Source: the human T2T-CHM13v2.0 reference genome, Homo sapiens. Taken from it: a DNA stretch of 64,000 bases. Shown piece after piece: positions 63,950-64,000 of this stretch. Both the position numbers and the translations under genes were made by a program. The notes beneath the pieces are model-generated. The model saw nothing but the letters and a program-made list of their open reading frames with translations. It was not told the origin of the DNA and searched no databases. The stretch lies in the NCBI RefSeq assembly GCF_009914755.1, contig NC_060933.1; one strand, written 5' to 3'. How positions within the stretch are numbered: position 1 is the first letter of the stretch; each line of letters begins with the position of its first letter.

Positions 63950-64000
63950 CTTCTTTACTCTCTTAATAGTGATTTTTGGTGAATAAAAAGTTATTTTAAT

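Overview
Primate (almost certainly human, 9q31) intragenic window covering most of FKTN (fukutin, the Golgi ribitol-5-phosphate transferase for alpha-dystroglycan) on the + strand. It contains a 92-nt non-coding exon and eight coding exons, c.1-c.1172 (aa 1-391), all with canonical AG/GT boundaries. Exon 1/promoter lies upstream and the last exon downstream of the window. The rest is retroelement-rich intron (L1, Alu, MaLR, L2, MIR, DNA-transposon relics). The most striking structure is a pair of near-full-length L1s of different age (L1PA5-like on +, L1PA2-like on -) in inverted orientation, about 6.8 kb apart, bracketing the FKTN start-codon exon. They share a 631-nt tract that is about 99.4% identical, including a private 5-nt frameshifting deletion, plus several shorter shared private patches. 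This points to repeated gene conversion between them, and the geometry would also permit a cryptic FKTN-null inversion and a long intramolecular dsRNA. Other points: an intact ORF0/antisense promoter aimed into FKTN, a 17-codon uORF whose stop overlaps the FKTN start (TAATG), a TSD-bounded insertion resembling a twin-primed L1 3' transduction, and several latent exons. Repeat subfamily names and clinical variant identities are from recall, not database searches.
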